The notes: a model not told the origin generated them from the sequence alone. A stretch of 64,000 nucleotides of DNA from the human T2T-CHM13v2.0 reference genome, Homo sapiens (GCF_009914755.1 NC_060935.1), one strand, 5' to 3'. Counted from the first letter of the stretch, positions 28,960-43,165 are shown. Program-made: numbers and translations.

Positions 28960-29330
28960 AGAAACATTCTTTGAGTTTGGAATCTGAGTTGGTCATGAGC
29001 CATTAGCAAATATGATGCAAACAGAGGTATAGAAAGTGCTCACGCATTGGGTAGAGCTTGTTCTCTGGCTGCTTTTAAGAACTTCACATTAACAACCCAG
29101 GCTACCTGGAAGAACAAGACACATGTGGCTAAGTCATGCCTCCACCTAGCTGTCATTAAGCCAATCACCAGACATTGTGTAAGGCTACTTTGAAACATCC
29201 AGTCCCAATCAAGCTGGCCTAGACCAGAAAAGAACCCTCAGCAACCAACAGACTAGTGAACAATAATAAATATTTTCTCTTTAAGTTACTAAATGCTGGA
29301 GTGACTGGGTTTGCATCAAAAGTTATTACA
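28960..29330 (+). mobile_element. MLT1 (MLT1H-like) LTR
   Basis: cattagcaaatatgatgcaaacagagg...gccaatcaccagaca...aataataaatattttctctttaagttactaaa. Confidence 0.65.
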
Positions 29331-29484
29331 AGGTTGTTATCAGGAAAGTGCCTACTATGATCCAGACACTAGGCAATGTGCAGATAGCACATGGAAATTA
29401 GTGCAAGAATCTTAGGTTTTGCCTTATTCAAGACATTTCCTGGGAAAGAAAAGAGCCATTTGCTCTACTTGTAAGACTATTGCT

Positions 29485-30375
29485 TGTTTTTTAATGGCTG
29501 AATAGTATTCCATTGTGTATATATACCACATTTTCTTTATGGATTTATCTGTTGATGAACCAGGCTGATTATTGGTTATTGTGATCTTGGTTATTGTGAA
29601 TAGCGTTGAAATTAACATGAGAGTGCAAATATCTCTTTGACATACCGATTTTGTTTTCTTTGGATATGTACCCAGTAGTGGCATTGTTGGATCATATGAT
29701 AGTTCTATTTCTTAATTTTTTTAGAAACCTCTATCCTGTTTTCTATAATGGCTACACTAATTTACATTTTCACCAACAGTGTGTATGGTTCCCTTTTCTC
29801 CACATCCTTGCCAACACTTATCTTTTGTCTTTTTGATAATAACCATTACTACTGGAGTGAGGTGGCATCACATTTTAGATCTGACTTAAATTTTCTTCAT
29901 GAGTAGTGAAGTTGAATATTTTTTAGGAACATGGAGGACATCATGTTAAGTTAAATAAGCCAGGCACAGAAAGGCAAATACCACTTGATGTCAATCATAT
30001 GTGGAATCTAAAAAAGTTGAATTCATAGAAGTAGAAAATAGAAAGGTGATTATGAAAGACTGGAGTACTTAGGGGGAAGGACAGGATGGGGGGATGGTGC
30101 TCAAAGGATATATAATTACAGTTAGATTGGAGGAATAAATTTGAGAGATCTATTGTACAGCAAAGTGACTGAAGTTAAAAATGATATAATGTATTCTTGA
30201 AAAATACAAGGAGAGTGGATGTTAAGTGCTCTCAACACAAAAATGATAATTATATGAGGTGATGGATTTCTTCATTAACTAGATTTAACCATTTCATGAG
30301 GCAGATATACTTCAAAACATGTTGTACATGGCAAGTATATACAATATTTGTCAATTTAAAAAATAAAAATTAAAA
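29485..30375. mobile_element. L1MA with 5' inversion (minus segment ~29485-29925, plus 3' segment ~29927-30375)
   Basis: Antisense ORF2-end segment (ORF 29424..29684 MWYIYTMEYYSAIKK) joined to a sense 3' UTR starting gaacatggaggacatcatgttaag and ending in an A-rich tail; TSD taagactattgct (29472-29484) / taagatttttgct (30376-30388). Confidence 0.8.
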
Positions 30376-30641
30376 TAAGATTTTTGCTACAATCTTCTAC
30401 ATCTTAGGTGAAGAAAAATAGGAGTCAATACTATTTCTCAACTATAAAATTTAAAAGAATATATATTAGGAACTTTAAAATTCAATACACAAGATGAAGT
30501 AAATTGTTAAATGTATTAATATATGTATAATCAATCAAAAATTGCTATATAAGGTATATGGGAAATAGTCTATGTGAATTCAGCTCAGCAACATGATATT
30601 CTCTTAAGGCACTTAGAAAAATTGATCTTGAATTTTTTTTG

Positions 30642-31015
<374 letters not shown>

Positions 31016-31309
31016 TTAAAAAAGAAAACAAGTATTTCTAAGTATTCCTTGTCAGTTTCCATCCATATTTATACTAAATATTACAGTTTAAAAAGCAATT
31101 CCAAGTATTCTGTAGTTTTGCTCTGACTTCACACAGTATATAAGTACAAGCTCCAAGTGATTTGTATCCAGAAATGCTTTGATTCTATTTTCTCCCTCAC
31201 CCTCTACCTCTTATTTTCCTTCATCTATTCCTCTTCTTCTTCCTCTCTTCTTTAGCTTTATCTCCTCTTACTTTTTTCTACTTCTTGTCTTCATCTTCAT
31301 CAATATCAA

Positions 31310-31935
31310 AGAATATATAATTTCATAAACATATATGAAATGTATGTATTTATAAAAATATATGACATGTAGTTATTCATAAAATATGTATGAAGTGTAT
31401 GTACTTTATAAAATATATATGAAGTATCTATATTTATAAATATATATGAAGTATCTATATTTATAAATATATATGAAGTATCTATATAAATATATATGAA
31501 GTATCTATATTTATAAATATATATGAAGTATCTATATTTATGAATATATATGAAGTATCTATATTTATGAATATATATGAAGTATCTATATTTATGAATA
31601 TATATGAAGTATCTATATTTATGAATATATATGAAGTATATATATTTATAAATATGTATGAAGTATATATACAAATATGTATGAAGTATATATATTTATA
31701 AAATATATATGAAATATATACATTTATAAAATATATGAAGTATATACATTTATAAAATAGATATGAAGTATATATAGATAAAATATATATGAAGTGTATA
31801 TATTTATAAAATATATATGGTGTGTACTTTTATAAAATATATATGAATTACATATCTATTTATAAAATATATATGAAGTATATATTTATAACAATACATG
31901 AAGTGTATATTTATAACATATATATTAAATGTATA
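31310..31935. repeat. AT-rich minisatellite, 27-bp unit TATATATGAAGTATCTATATTTAT(A/G)AA
   Basis: About 8-9 near-perfect units at ~31414-31650 with degenerate flanks; gives the IYIHKYRYF repeat in ORF 31306..31674. Confidence 0.9.
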
Positions 31936-31945
31936 TATGTATTAT

Positions 31946-31970
31946 ACACACACACACACACACACACACA
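31946..31970. repeat. (CA)n microsatellite
   Basis: acacacacacacacacacacacaca. Confidence 0.95.
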
Positions 31971-32280
31971 TATTCGCCAAAGAGCATGTTGGACATGATT
32001 AATCAGGGGGATCTATGTTGTCTATGCACTATTTTAGTCATTGTATTTCACACAAATTAACTGGAAAAATTAAACAGAAACAGCATTTTCACTAACTGCA
32101 GGGAAACAACTATATTGGAGAATAATTTTGAGTGTACACTTCACTTCGATATTGTCATTTAATCCATGCCACAAAAATGTTCCCTAAATATTCTCGTCCA
32201 CATTTTTCAATGAGAACGTGTGAAGTTATCATCCATCATTGAGGTTAAATGTAGTCACATGTTTTACATAGGTAAGTAGT

Positions 32281-32800
32281 TGTATTGGTTAGGGATGTTT
32301 TTGAGCTTCAAATAAAAATATCTGAATGTTATTGCCTTAAGTAATAAGGTATTAGCTCACATCTGTAAAGTCTGTAGGTAGGCAGTTTAGGATTAATGGA
32401 GCAGCTCATGATGCTGTCAAAGTCAAGCTGGAGACAGCTTTACATAATGCCTTTCTCAGTAGTTAGTTATTTTATTCAGGGTTGTTGCCCCCATGACATG
32501 TTACAGCTGTTTCTATTATCAGGTCCTATTTCTAAGACAGGAAGCATTAGGATTTCTGGATAACAAGAGAGCAATATTATTAACTTCTTTATGATGGAGA
32601 AAATATTTCCTTGGTTCCCAATAGAAAAAATCAATTCTTACATTTCATTGCTTAACACTAGGGAATGTGGCTACTCCTAGTTGGAAGTGAATCTGGAAAA
32701 GTAAAGCTTTGACTCTGCCTTAATCACAAAAAGCAGGCTTTGTAAGCACACAATAATTGAGAGAAGAATTGTTGAATATGTAACTGCATTACCTGCCACA
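32281..32800 (-). mobile_element. Old MLT1 LTR (K/L/N-like) inserted in a MIR
   Basis: tgtattggttagggatg...tgtggctactcctagttggaag...acctgccaca; 5-bp TSD GTAGT/GTATT; MIR-like sequence on both flanks (~32150-32280, ~32801-32850). Confidence 0.6.
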
Positions 32801-33269
32801 GTATTAGAACAGGAATTCCAAATTAAGGTTTTCTAATGTTAGAGGCCATGTTATGTACATCAGAATAAATTTTTAATAATAGATGATTTGGTGCTATTTT
32901 TAATAATGTCAATACATTTCATTATTTTTGGAATCTAGGATATATATTATTCAACATCTATGAGTTTTCCATAATGACCATTATGTTTGAACTTTATAAT
33001 TGCTTATTCAATGTATACTTGATAATTAAATACTAATTTATAATTAAATTCAACTACAAATTTGATTTAATTTTACTCCTTTCCAACTCTTGTCAGCTTT
33101 TTTTTTTCTTCCTGAAAATGTTTCCATTATCTGGAAGCTACACAAATACAGAAAGATCATGATAGATGTTTTTTTCTTTATAAAGAACTGCACTAAAATG
33201 ATTTTGTGCAAACTCATGTCAGACAGAGCCATTCTTTTGCCCCAATCCTGCAAAGGGTTCTTATGTTAT

Positions 33270-33790
33270 TCAGGGTAAAAACACATCTTTACAGGGGCTG
33301 ACCAGATCCTCTCCAATGTCAGACCCTCCATTACTACTCCTATTTAATCTTCCTACAGCTCTGTCTTCTACAGCAAAAATACATGAGTATTTTTGTTCAC
33401 CTTGAACAATCCAGATGTGTTGCTGCCTCAAGACACTACCTGAACAGCTCTTCTTTAATGTATCCACACTTCTTATCCTCTCATCTTCTTCAGATTTTTT
33501 TCTCACATGTTAACCTCTCTATGAAATCTTCTCTGACCATCCATAAAAAAATATAATCACCCAACAATTGACTCCCTAATCTCCTTTCCTGCTTTGATTC
33601 CCTTGGCTGCCATTAGCACTATCTAATATACCAAATATTTTAGTTATCTATTTTGTTTGTATTCTTCCTCTTCCCACAAAATGCAATCAACAAAAGAGGA
33701 GATAGATTTATCTTTTTAAGCCATTATTCTCAGCACCTAGAAGACTTGAAATATAAATGCCTAATAAAAAATTATCAAATGTTTAATGAA
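33270..33790 (+). mobile_element. L2 3' fragment
   Basis: taacctctctatgaaatcttctctgaccatcc...tctcagcacctagaa...ctaataaaaaattatc...aatgaa resembles the L2a 3' end. Confidence 0.55.
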
Positions 33791-36700
33791 ATCAACAATG
33801 GCAGTAACAATTTCTATATACACAGGTTTTCAAGGGATAATTTGTTTTGATTGAGTAACTTGAAAATTCAAATAATGTCAGTCACCGACATAAGAAATGT
33901 GAACAGGAGTTGATGAAAATTATAAATAAACCTTCATAGGTATTTCAGTCTCCTTTGGTGATGAGAAAAGTAATATTTTTGTTTTCTCCTTAGAAGTAAG
34001 GTGGATTGTGATGCACTATTTTTCTTTGCAACAAAATGTTCTAGAATCATCATTAATCGTGATTTAGATGAAGATTTACCAAAATATGGAGCAATTCACT
34101 GAATTGGTTCAAGCAAAAGAGAATACAAACACATACATGCAAGTATTAATTTCCTGAATAAATAAAATTCTTCTATCTCTCTGCAGATAGCCTAGAACTT
34201 ACAAGGATTTAAAGCTAGTGGACTTTCATATAATGTTCTACAGCAAAACCACTAATGTGAAAGTCCCTGAATTACTCTAATTCCTGTCCTTTCTGGCTCA
34301 TGATTGCATAAGTTTCTTCCCTATATATATCATATTTCTTTCAAGGTATTTATCATTTTAATTAATAAACATTGGTTTATATTGCCATCAAAAGAACCCT
34401 TACTTATTCACAAGGGATACTGCAGACAATATTAAGATAACTCTTTTGTTTTTCAGTTTGCCATTAACTCTTGCAGTACAGCACAGACAATGCCTTAGAC
34501 TAGGAAAACAGGCTGCAAGTGTCTGAAGGGAGTGGACTTCAGTAAAAAGTAATAATAATAATAGGAAATATCATAAATAAATTTTTCATTAATCCCAGAG
34601 TAACTACTTTAATCTAGTCTGAAATTTTTATATTTTTAGACATTAGTTTCTTAATACCTATTTCTCACCTGAACCAAACCTCCCGTCTGTGCTAAAAAAT
34701 ATATGTTTGTTTTGCCAAGTGAAATTCTCCTCTAACCTTAAATGCCTCACTCAACATCTTGGTCTTTATTCAAACCTGGCTTTCCCATAAATATTATATG
34801 TCCAGAGATGACTGCTCATGTTTCCACATTTCACACAACCTAAATTTGGGAGGTAGGGTAGGTCTCCTCCTCATTTCTCAATCCCACTGCAATAATAATA
34901 AAAATCCACATTCTTTTGGATGATTTTACTATCTGCTCTATCACTCCTATTTTGTTTATTGACTTCTGTGATCAACTCAATTATTAACTGAAGATTTTGA
35001 ACATGACTTTCCATTTTACTCATCACAAGCTCCATGCAGACTCCACATAAATACTCTGATCTGCCAGGCCTATGACCTATTATTTTATACATCTTATTTT
35101 TCATTCCACTTCTGTTGCCAACCACTATAACTTTACTGTATACTTTCTCATGATGTGAAATAATTTATTTTCCAAAGCCAAACTTAGAAATTCTGTTTCT
35201 GGGCATAACCTTTTACTTTTCTTGCTTACTTGCTTATATTGCCACCATTCTAATTCTAAAGTTTAATAAGCTCTACTTATCCATTGATTCCTCTACTTTT
35301 CTCTCCAGTGCTACCTTTCCTAGATATGTATATTATCACAAAAAAACTCTGTTTTGACAATATTATCCACTAAATTTGTTATTGGTTTTCCTTCATTGCC
35401 TATCAGGATGAAACTCTAGTCCCAAGGGTATCCATGTTTATTGACCCTGGTTGCTGACTGACTGTTCAGCATAGATAGAGACAATCACACAATTGAGCAT
35501 GTTGGTCCTATGCTTAGTCCCATGACCACTAGCCTCATATAAGTGCTCAATACTACCTGGCTCATAATACCTTAGCCGAGCCATCTCATTCTCACATTAT
35601 CCATAATTGCTATTTCAGATTGTATTTTCAACCTTCTTCTAATCTTTAAGGCTGATACTTCTCTTTTTATACATAGAAGATTGATTCACTTCATATTTAA
35701 TTTATAAAATAGAAAACATCCCATGGGAACTTGTTTTAGAATATGTAATTACAAATACATTTCTATTTCTCATCTTTCCCAAATAAATATAATTCTAAAA
35801 CAGAAGTCTTTATATGTTAGGACTTGCATGTGTTTTATGTTGTAATTTTTAAATAAGATATTCTTAATCATAAAAAACTATTGAAACTGTGAAAAAACAT
35901 GGCAATGAATTACATGAGAATTCAAAATGAAGTCCCACATAAATTTATACTAACAATTATAATAGGAGTATTAATTTATATATAATCTTTATAATAACCC
36001 TTTGCTTTTAACTCTGATAAGGTGCTTGGAGCAATAGATTCTATTGTCACAAAATTTCCACTTGTTTATTTATGAATAATTAAATTCTTCTTCCCTTCAG
36101 CCACTCTTTGTTTTAAAGAAGTGCATTTAAAATGATGATATATAAAGAGGCTTTATGACAAAAATTAAAGTGGCTTCTCCATTCCCCCTTCATGATCTTT
36201 TTCACCTTCACATTTCCTATGATTATTCCTATCAACCACACTCTTACATCACTGTCATTGACTAACCTTATGGCATGCTGCTTATGGATTAATTTACCAA
36301 GTCATCTGTCTGATTTCCATAGTCTAAGTATTTCTACATTGTATGCCCTAGCATTAAACTGCATTCGTTCAGTCAGGAGCATTAGTTTAATCTGTGAAAG
36401 ATGCAGCAATTTGTCTGAAAATTCCAGCTGGCATAATGCAAACATCAGCATCAGGCAGATGATTTTTGATCCACACAGATGAGTGTAATCCTCTTTTTAT
36501 TATACTTATTTATGCTTTTCTTCTATATTTTATTGTTTTATTACCACTGTGCTTTGTTCTCTTTTTTTTTTTTTTGATACTGGCATAATATGACAAAACC
36601 TTTTATCTAGTGAAATTATCAGCTATTCCCTCTGGAAAGAAATTTACCATTTTGAGAGGCAATGAAGATATGGCAGGAACATACCTGACTCAAATTCTCT

Positions 36701-36917
36701 TTTCTAATAGGTCTTTAATTTGAGGATTTTTATGCTAAACTCAAGAATTCGATTAATTTAGAGCTTTATAAGCATTACCCTGAAGCACTGTTCTCAAGTG
36801 ACCTCTCTTCCTCTTATTTTTCAGATTATTTTCAATATGAGACCATTTATTCCATGGGCATGGGATTGAAATTCAAGGACAATGGTTGCTAGGATATTCA
36901 CTCTTCATTATCTACAG

Positions 36918-37130
36918 CAGGGTTTCTCAGCCTCAGAAATTTGGACATTTGGAAGCGAACACCTTTTATCATGGTATCACTGTCCTGTGCTTCACAGGAT
37001 ACGTAGAAGCATCTCTGACATGTATCCACTGAATGTCAGGAGCACCAGCACCCCAGAGTGACAAGCCAAAATTCTGAGATTTTTGTCCTTTTGCAGGAGA
37101 GAGAAAATCACCACTAGTTGAGAATAACTT
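36918..37130 (+). mobile_element. MER20 hAT-Charlie DNA transposon relic
   Basis: Terminal inverted ends cagggtttctcagcct / agttgagaataact; internal ctgtcctgtgc...agcatctctg...atccact. Confidence 0.75.
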
Positions 37131-37426
37131 ATTCATACAATTGAGATCTGGTTTAAATGATTGTCAAGGATAAAATTAAATGGGGAAGAAACGAGTAGAG
37201 ATATTGAAGGAATGCAGAGCGGTTAAATAGGTATAGCTGAGTATTAAAATGTGAAAATACACTGAAGCTTATTGTTGCAATCAACTAGTCACAGATATTC
37301 TGTACATGTGATGGAAAGGTATGTATTTCTGTGTGCTTCAAGATCCCATTTGAAAATTGGCTTTTCGTTCCTCTTCTTTTTGTCCCTGTCCATTTTTTTT
37401 CCACATCTGAGACCTGTTCTATTCTT

Positions 37427-37733
37427 TTTCCTTTTCCCTTTTTTTTTTTTTTTAGACGGAGTTTCACTCTTGTTGCCCAGGCTGGAGTGCAGTGGCGCGA
37501 TCTCGGCTCACCGCAACCTCCGCCACCGGGTTCAAGTGATTCTCCTGCCTTAGCCTCCCTAGTGGCTGGGATTACAGGCATGCACCATCACACCCAGCTA
37601 ATTTTGTATTTTTAGTAGACACGGGGTTTCTCCATGTTGGTCAGGCTGGTCTCAAACTCCCGACCTCAGGTGATCCAACCACCTCCACCTCCCAAAGTGG
37701 TGTATTACAGGCCTGAGCCACCATGCCCTGTCC
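37427..37733 (-). mobile_element. AluSp
   Basis: Sp diagnostics gtttcactcttgttgccc, ctcaccgcaacc, tttctccatgttggtcagg; TSD gacctg(t/c)tct(a/g)ttctt (37411-37426 / 37735-37750). Confidence 0.93.
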
Positions 37734-40700
37734 GGACCTGCTCTGTTCTTATGCCCACGTTGAGATAAATTGTTTCTGCCAAGCTCTTGAGTCCCAGGCT
37801 CCACCATGTATACTTGTGCTGCTAATTAAAATTTCTCTTTTATCTTCTCTGAATGACTGTCTTTAGAATCTGCTTCCTGCTTCAGTCTATCTATAGCTTG
37901 GGTCTCTGCCATTATATCCCCAAAATGGCTGGATTTCTGTAACCTGCCCTGAGAGTTTCCCTGAATGCCTGTTACAAATTCCAAAGGCATTTAACCTGTT
38001 GATGATTTTATATAAAATTATTTTAAACTGCCACAGCATTTCATTACAAGCAATTGATACATCCAAGCAAATAATGTATTACCTTATGGATTTTGATTGC
38101 TAGGTAAATCTTCTTTGGAAAACCTAAAGGCGAATACCTCCACCCTTCCTTGGGACTGCCACATTTCTCTGAGTAGCCCTGATGCTAGGTTCCAATTTTT
38201 TACCAGTTCAATCCATCAGATGGCATGTATTTATTCATGGATGCTCATGTCTTAAATATAAAATATTGGAAAAAATTGTTTTAGTGCTTTGAAACAAGTG
38301 TTTTTTAAAAAAGTGATTTAAAATGTCATTTTAGTTATATTACAAGATCACTTTTCTCCTGTAAAAATTCCTGCTTCTTGCTTCAATTATTTATGAAGTA
38401 TTTCTTCAATCTCTCACTCATTGCAAATTTTTATTTAGAGCTGACTACATTTCAGACACTGAATACTGTAGTTAAATGGTGAACAAAATAGACATATTCT
38501 TTGCTGCTTTAAAACTTCAGTAGAGGATAGCAGTAAATATGTATTATAGTACAAGATGACAGGTAAATTAGTAAGAATATAAAGTTCCAGAAAAACATAG
38601 GTAAGAGACATAGTGAACCAAAGTTGGGAAGAAAAAAGTACTTGTTTCTTTTCCCTCCCTTTGTTTATATCTTACTTGCTTCAAATCAGAATTGATGTCT
38701 AAACTTGGAAAGGGCAGATGGAATGTAGACACATACATAAACCAAAGAACATCATTCTAACCCCAAGGAATAGCATAGCCAAAAGCTTTAAAATTAGTTA
38801 AAGCACAGTGCATTTTTTAAAAAATAAAAGTTCAATAAGGCTAGACCTTAAAGTGTAAAAAGGAAGTGAAAGGAGAGCATGAAAACGGATAAAGAACCAA
38901 ATTATGGTGACATATTTTATGTAGGAGAACTTGGATTTTATCATGAGGAGGATGGTGAACAATGTAACTGAAATGAGGGGTATTTTAGAAATAAACTCTA
39001 GCTACTATTGAAAGTAGATTTTAGAGGCAGGAAAAACATTAAAAATATAGTTTTAACATTTCTCATTCTAGAGCAATTGCAATCATCTCCTTCCACGGAG
39101 TTCCCATTTTTACAAATTATTTTAACATACAGACCGAGGTAAACATTATTTATTCTCTACCAACTATAGGCATGCTTTGGATGTTCTCTTTTATAAGATT
39201 CCTAATTTTAATGGCATAATGTTATCAGCGGTGTGAGGTTTTCTTTACACCTGCTATTTCCTCTCAGGTATAAGAAGCTCCACTGTGGAGGACTTCGGGT
39301 CCATTTCCTGCCTCACATGTGTTAGGAATGTAAAGAGCCAGCTGTAAATGAAGTGGACTTCTATGCGAGAAAGCACATTTTCCTGAGTTATACGTCAAAT
39401 TCTCAAATACCAGTTTCAACAGAAAGGAAGGCAGCATTGTCTTTTGCATTATTTCTTTAGGTTTTTGTCTCATTTGTCTCTTACTTGTTCTAAAACTCAG
39501 ATGGAGGAGAGGATTGCTTGTATGTCTTTTTAAACTTTCCTAAATATACTTTCTAAGAAAACCAAAATAGAATAATGTTGAACTTTAAGTATTCAAATAT
39601 GCCACTTTCATTTACACACACTAAAAAGTATCAAAGATGTACTTTAACTTTATCACATGACTGAAAAACTTCATTTATATTAACCATTCTCCCTAATCCC
39701 AGGTGGCCTAACAGAAAAAAAAAAAACAATAAGTTATAAGACTTATTAGTTTCTATTTGTTTTGTAAAGGCAAATGAAATTTAGTATGATAGAAAACAAA
39801 ATATTCATGAATAATTTAAATACAGAGTTTTAGGGACTATGATTTTCTTCACCATTCCAGGTGAACTTTAATTTAATTTGTTAATGTTTAATGAAGAGTT
39901 CAACTTTTCCAAGACTGAACAAAGTCTTTTTCGCTATCCAGAGGAAAATGGCAGGACCCTCACATAAGTGCATTTAATCCTGAAAATGTAATTATGAGAA
40001 CTTAATGAGAAGAAAATCCAGTTAATTGCTTTACTGTTTCTTCCCCATTCCCTTGTTGTTCTTAAGGAAGCTTATTTCGATACTGATGACATTCAGTAGG
40101 ACACTAATTAGTATAATTTTAAGCTGTTATTAATTACCTTTTTTAAAAGCAAAAGCAAGGCTTTTTAAATTGTTTTTCTGTTTAGAATAAAAGATTAAAA
40201 TCCTAAACCTCTTAGTATATGTGAATTGAAGCTTGATCAATACTATTTTACTGCATTACCTCTTTATAGCCTCATCTCACATGCTGTGTTTGAGACAGTT
40301 GTCTTTTCTTTTGTCCTTACAATGACAGTCTCTAGGCTGTGGTTACTTTTTCTGTCTAACAACTGAGGTTGTATCATATGCCTCTTAAGTGTTTTTGATA
40401 TAACAAATAAGAATATAAAATGTAGGTGTGCTAAAATCAGAAAGCAAACTTCGAAACATTAAGATTCATAATAAAAATTCATTGTTACATTACATTTTTG
40501 CTCCTATATCTTTTCTCCTTGTTTTGATATAAATTCTCTACTTTTAGGTGCTCAGAAATCCCTATTCACATTAGATTTTCAAAACCTATAAACCCAGCAG
40601 AACTTTACACTCTGACCATTCATCATTTCCTTTCGAGTTACAAGAAATATAACATATCTAGAATGTTTGGATCTTTTTTCTCCACCAGGAATATCTGTTT

Positions 40701-41054
40701 CCAAATCTTGTGTACCAAGCTTGTTTCCACTTATCTTTCAAGTCCGAAAATAAATGTCTGATCCTTTGTGAATTTGTCCTGGAGTTCCAGCTTTATACCT
40801 GGAGTTCCAGCTTCTATATGGTTTTTCTACTGCAGTGTCTACATTGGTCTCTTTATAGAATTTTCACAATGCAATGCAATAATTATTTTGCACATTAGTC
40901 CTTTCTAGATGACCAACTGTGTAGGGTTAAGAGTAGTTTCCTATTTAATTTTGAATTTAAATAGCATAATATATAATATGCACATATATTTTTCGTTGAA
41001 ATTTTTAAAAAGAAAGTAGCCTTAAGCTACTTTCAACCAAAAATTTGGTATCAG

Positions 41055-41375
41055 GGCTGAGCATGGCAGCTCACACCTGTAATACCAGCATTTTGGGAGG
41101 CTGAGGTGGGAAGATGGTTTGAGTCCAGGAGTTTGAGACTAGGTTGGACAACACAGGAGGACTTCATGTTTACTAAAAGAAAAAAAAAATAGCCAGGAAT
41201 TGTGGTGCATGCCTTGTGATCCCAGCTACTTGGGAGGCTGAGGTGGGAAGGACACTTAAGGCCAGGTGTTGAGGCTTCAGTGAGCTGTGATCATGCCACT
41301 GCTCTCCAGCCTCCAGCCTCTGCGACAGAACAAGACTCTGTCTCAAAAAAAAAGAATAATAATAATAATAGTGAT
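41055..41375 (+). mobile_element. AluJ
   Basis: Diverged dimer with an (AAT)n tail; TSD aa(t/c)ttg(g/c)tatcag (41042-41054 / 41376-41388). Confidence 0.9.
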
Positions 41376-41826
41376 AACTTGCTATCAGGTATTCTATATC
41401 TTGGGATGAATGAGGTACCATGTTCAGGGACATTTACGTTTGAAGCCACACATTGAAATTAGGAATTAAATGATTTATCTTCTCTTAAATAAATGTAAAA
41501 TACCAATAGAAAGAATTAAAAGGTATTTGAGGTGACAGTAAACACTCGTCAGGCTTAACTTAGTTGTCTACATTTATTTTCAATTATTCTTAGCTTAATT
41601 CTTCTGAAATGAAATAGCTTATCCCTGTGTTTACTCAACTTCATATTAACTTGAATTAATACTCATATATAAAACACATTTTATCAGAAATTAATAAGGT
41701 CTATTGTAACAAATATGAGAATGATTAATCCTTGACAAAAATAAATCCTAGACAAATTAAAGTCAAATAATAAATACAAAAAGTATTGGAATACAAGTGT
41801 AAACTATTTTCCCACAGAATCAGATC

Positions 41827-43118
41827 CTTGAGTTCTAGACTAGCCTGGGCAACATAGCAAGACCCCCTCTCTAGAAAGTAATTTTAAAAATAGCCAAGTT
41901 TGGTGGCAAGCACCTTTAGTCCCAACTACTCTGGAGGCTGTTGTTGCAGGAAGTCAGGGACCCCAAATGGAGGCACCAGCTGGAACCATGGCAGAAGAAC
42001 ATAAATTCTGAAGATTTCATGGGCATTTATCAGTTCCCAAAATTAATACTTTTATAATTTCTTATGCCTGTCTTTACTGCAATCTCTGAACATAAATTGT
42101 GAAGATTTCATGTGCATTTATCACTTCCCTAATAATAATCTTATAATTTCTTATGCCTGTCTTTACTTTAATCTCTTAATCCCGTTATCTTCATAAGCTG
42201 AGAATGTACGTCACCTCAGGACCACTGTTGTATAAACAGATTGTAAAACACATGTGTTTGAACAATAAGAAATCAGTACACCTTGAAAAAAATGGAAGAA
42301 CAGCAATTTTCAGGGAACAAAGTAAGATAACCATAAGATCTGACTGCCTCAGGGGTCGGGGAGAATACAGCCACATTTTTCTTCTTGGAGAGAGCTTATA
42401 AACAGACGTGCAAGTAAGAGGATATCACTGAATTCTTTTCGCAGCGCGGAATACCCTGGGGAAGGAATGCATTCCTGGGGGGAAGGGCTATAAATAGCTG
42501 CTCTGGGAGTGTCTGTATTATGCAGTTGAGATAAGGATTGAAATACGCCCTGGTCTGCAGTACCCTCAGGCTTACTAGGATTGGGAAATTCCAGCCTGGT
42601 AAATTCTAGTCAGACCGGTTCTCTGGTCTCAAACCCTGTTTCCTGTTAAGATGTTTATCAAGACAATATGTGCACAGTGGGACATAGACCCTCCTCAGTA
42701 ATTCTAATTTTGCCTTTGCCTTGTGATCTTTATTGCCTTTTGGAGCATGTGTTCTTTGTGACTTACTCCCTGTCCTTACACCCCCTCCCCTTTTAAAATC
42801 CCTAATAAAAACTTGCCGGTTTTGTGGCTCAGGGTCATCATGGTCCTACCAATATGTGATCAATATGTGATGTCACCCCTGGAGGCCCAGCTGCAAAATT
42901 CGTTTCTTTGTACTCTTTCTCTTTATTTCTCAGACCAGCCGACACTTAGGGAAAATAGAAAGAACCTACGTTGAAATATTTGGGGCTGGTTCCCCCGATA
43001 GCCTGTGGCTGAGAAAAGAGAATCACTTGAGCCCAGAAGTTCGAGGTGAGGTTAGAGTGAGCTATGACCACACCTCTACACTCCAGCCTGGGTAACAGAA
43101 CAAGACACTCTTTCTAAA

Positions 43119-43163
<45 letters not shown>

Positions 43164-43165
43164 AA
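41827..43165 (+). mobile_element. 5'-truncated AluJ split by MER11 (pieces ~41827-41941 and 43001-43165), (CAA)n tail
   Basis: tagcctgggcaacatagcaagacccc...cccaactactctggaggctgt | gcctgtggctgag...aatcacttgagcccagaagttcgagg...ctccagcctgggtaacagaacaagac, then (caa)n. Confidence 0.88.
41942..43000 (+). mobile_element. MER11 solo LTR (HERV-K11/HML-8; length suggests MER11C)
   Basis: Starts tgttgcaggaagtcagggacccc, has the duplicated ataaatt(c/g)tgaagatttcatg block, ends ggctggttcccccgata; 6-bp TSD GGCTGT/GCCTGT typical of ERVK; 1059 bp. Confidence 0.92.

Noticed and set aside
31306-31674. 122-aa repetitive ORF or CRISPR-like array
   Set aside because: Head-to-tail 27-bp minisatellite with no unique spacers, in a eukaryotic context with no cas genes.
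40778-40818. 20-bp tandem duplication cctggagttccagctt
   Set aside because: Ordinary slippage duplication with no sign of function.
41012-41034. Short hairpin gaaagtagc-cttaa-gctactttc (similar one at 58338-58360)
   Set aside because: 9-10-bp stems occur by chance in 64 kb of AT-rich DNA; no miRNA-length stem or transposon context.
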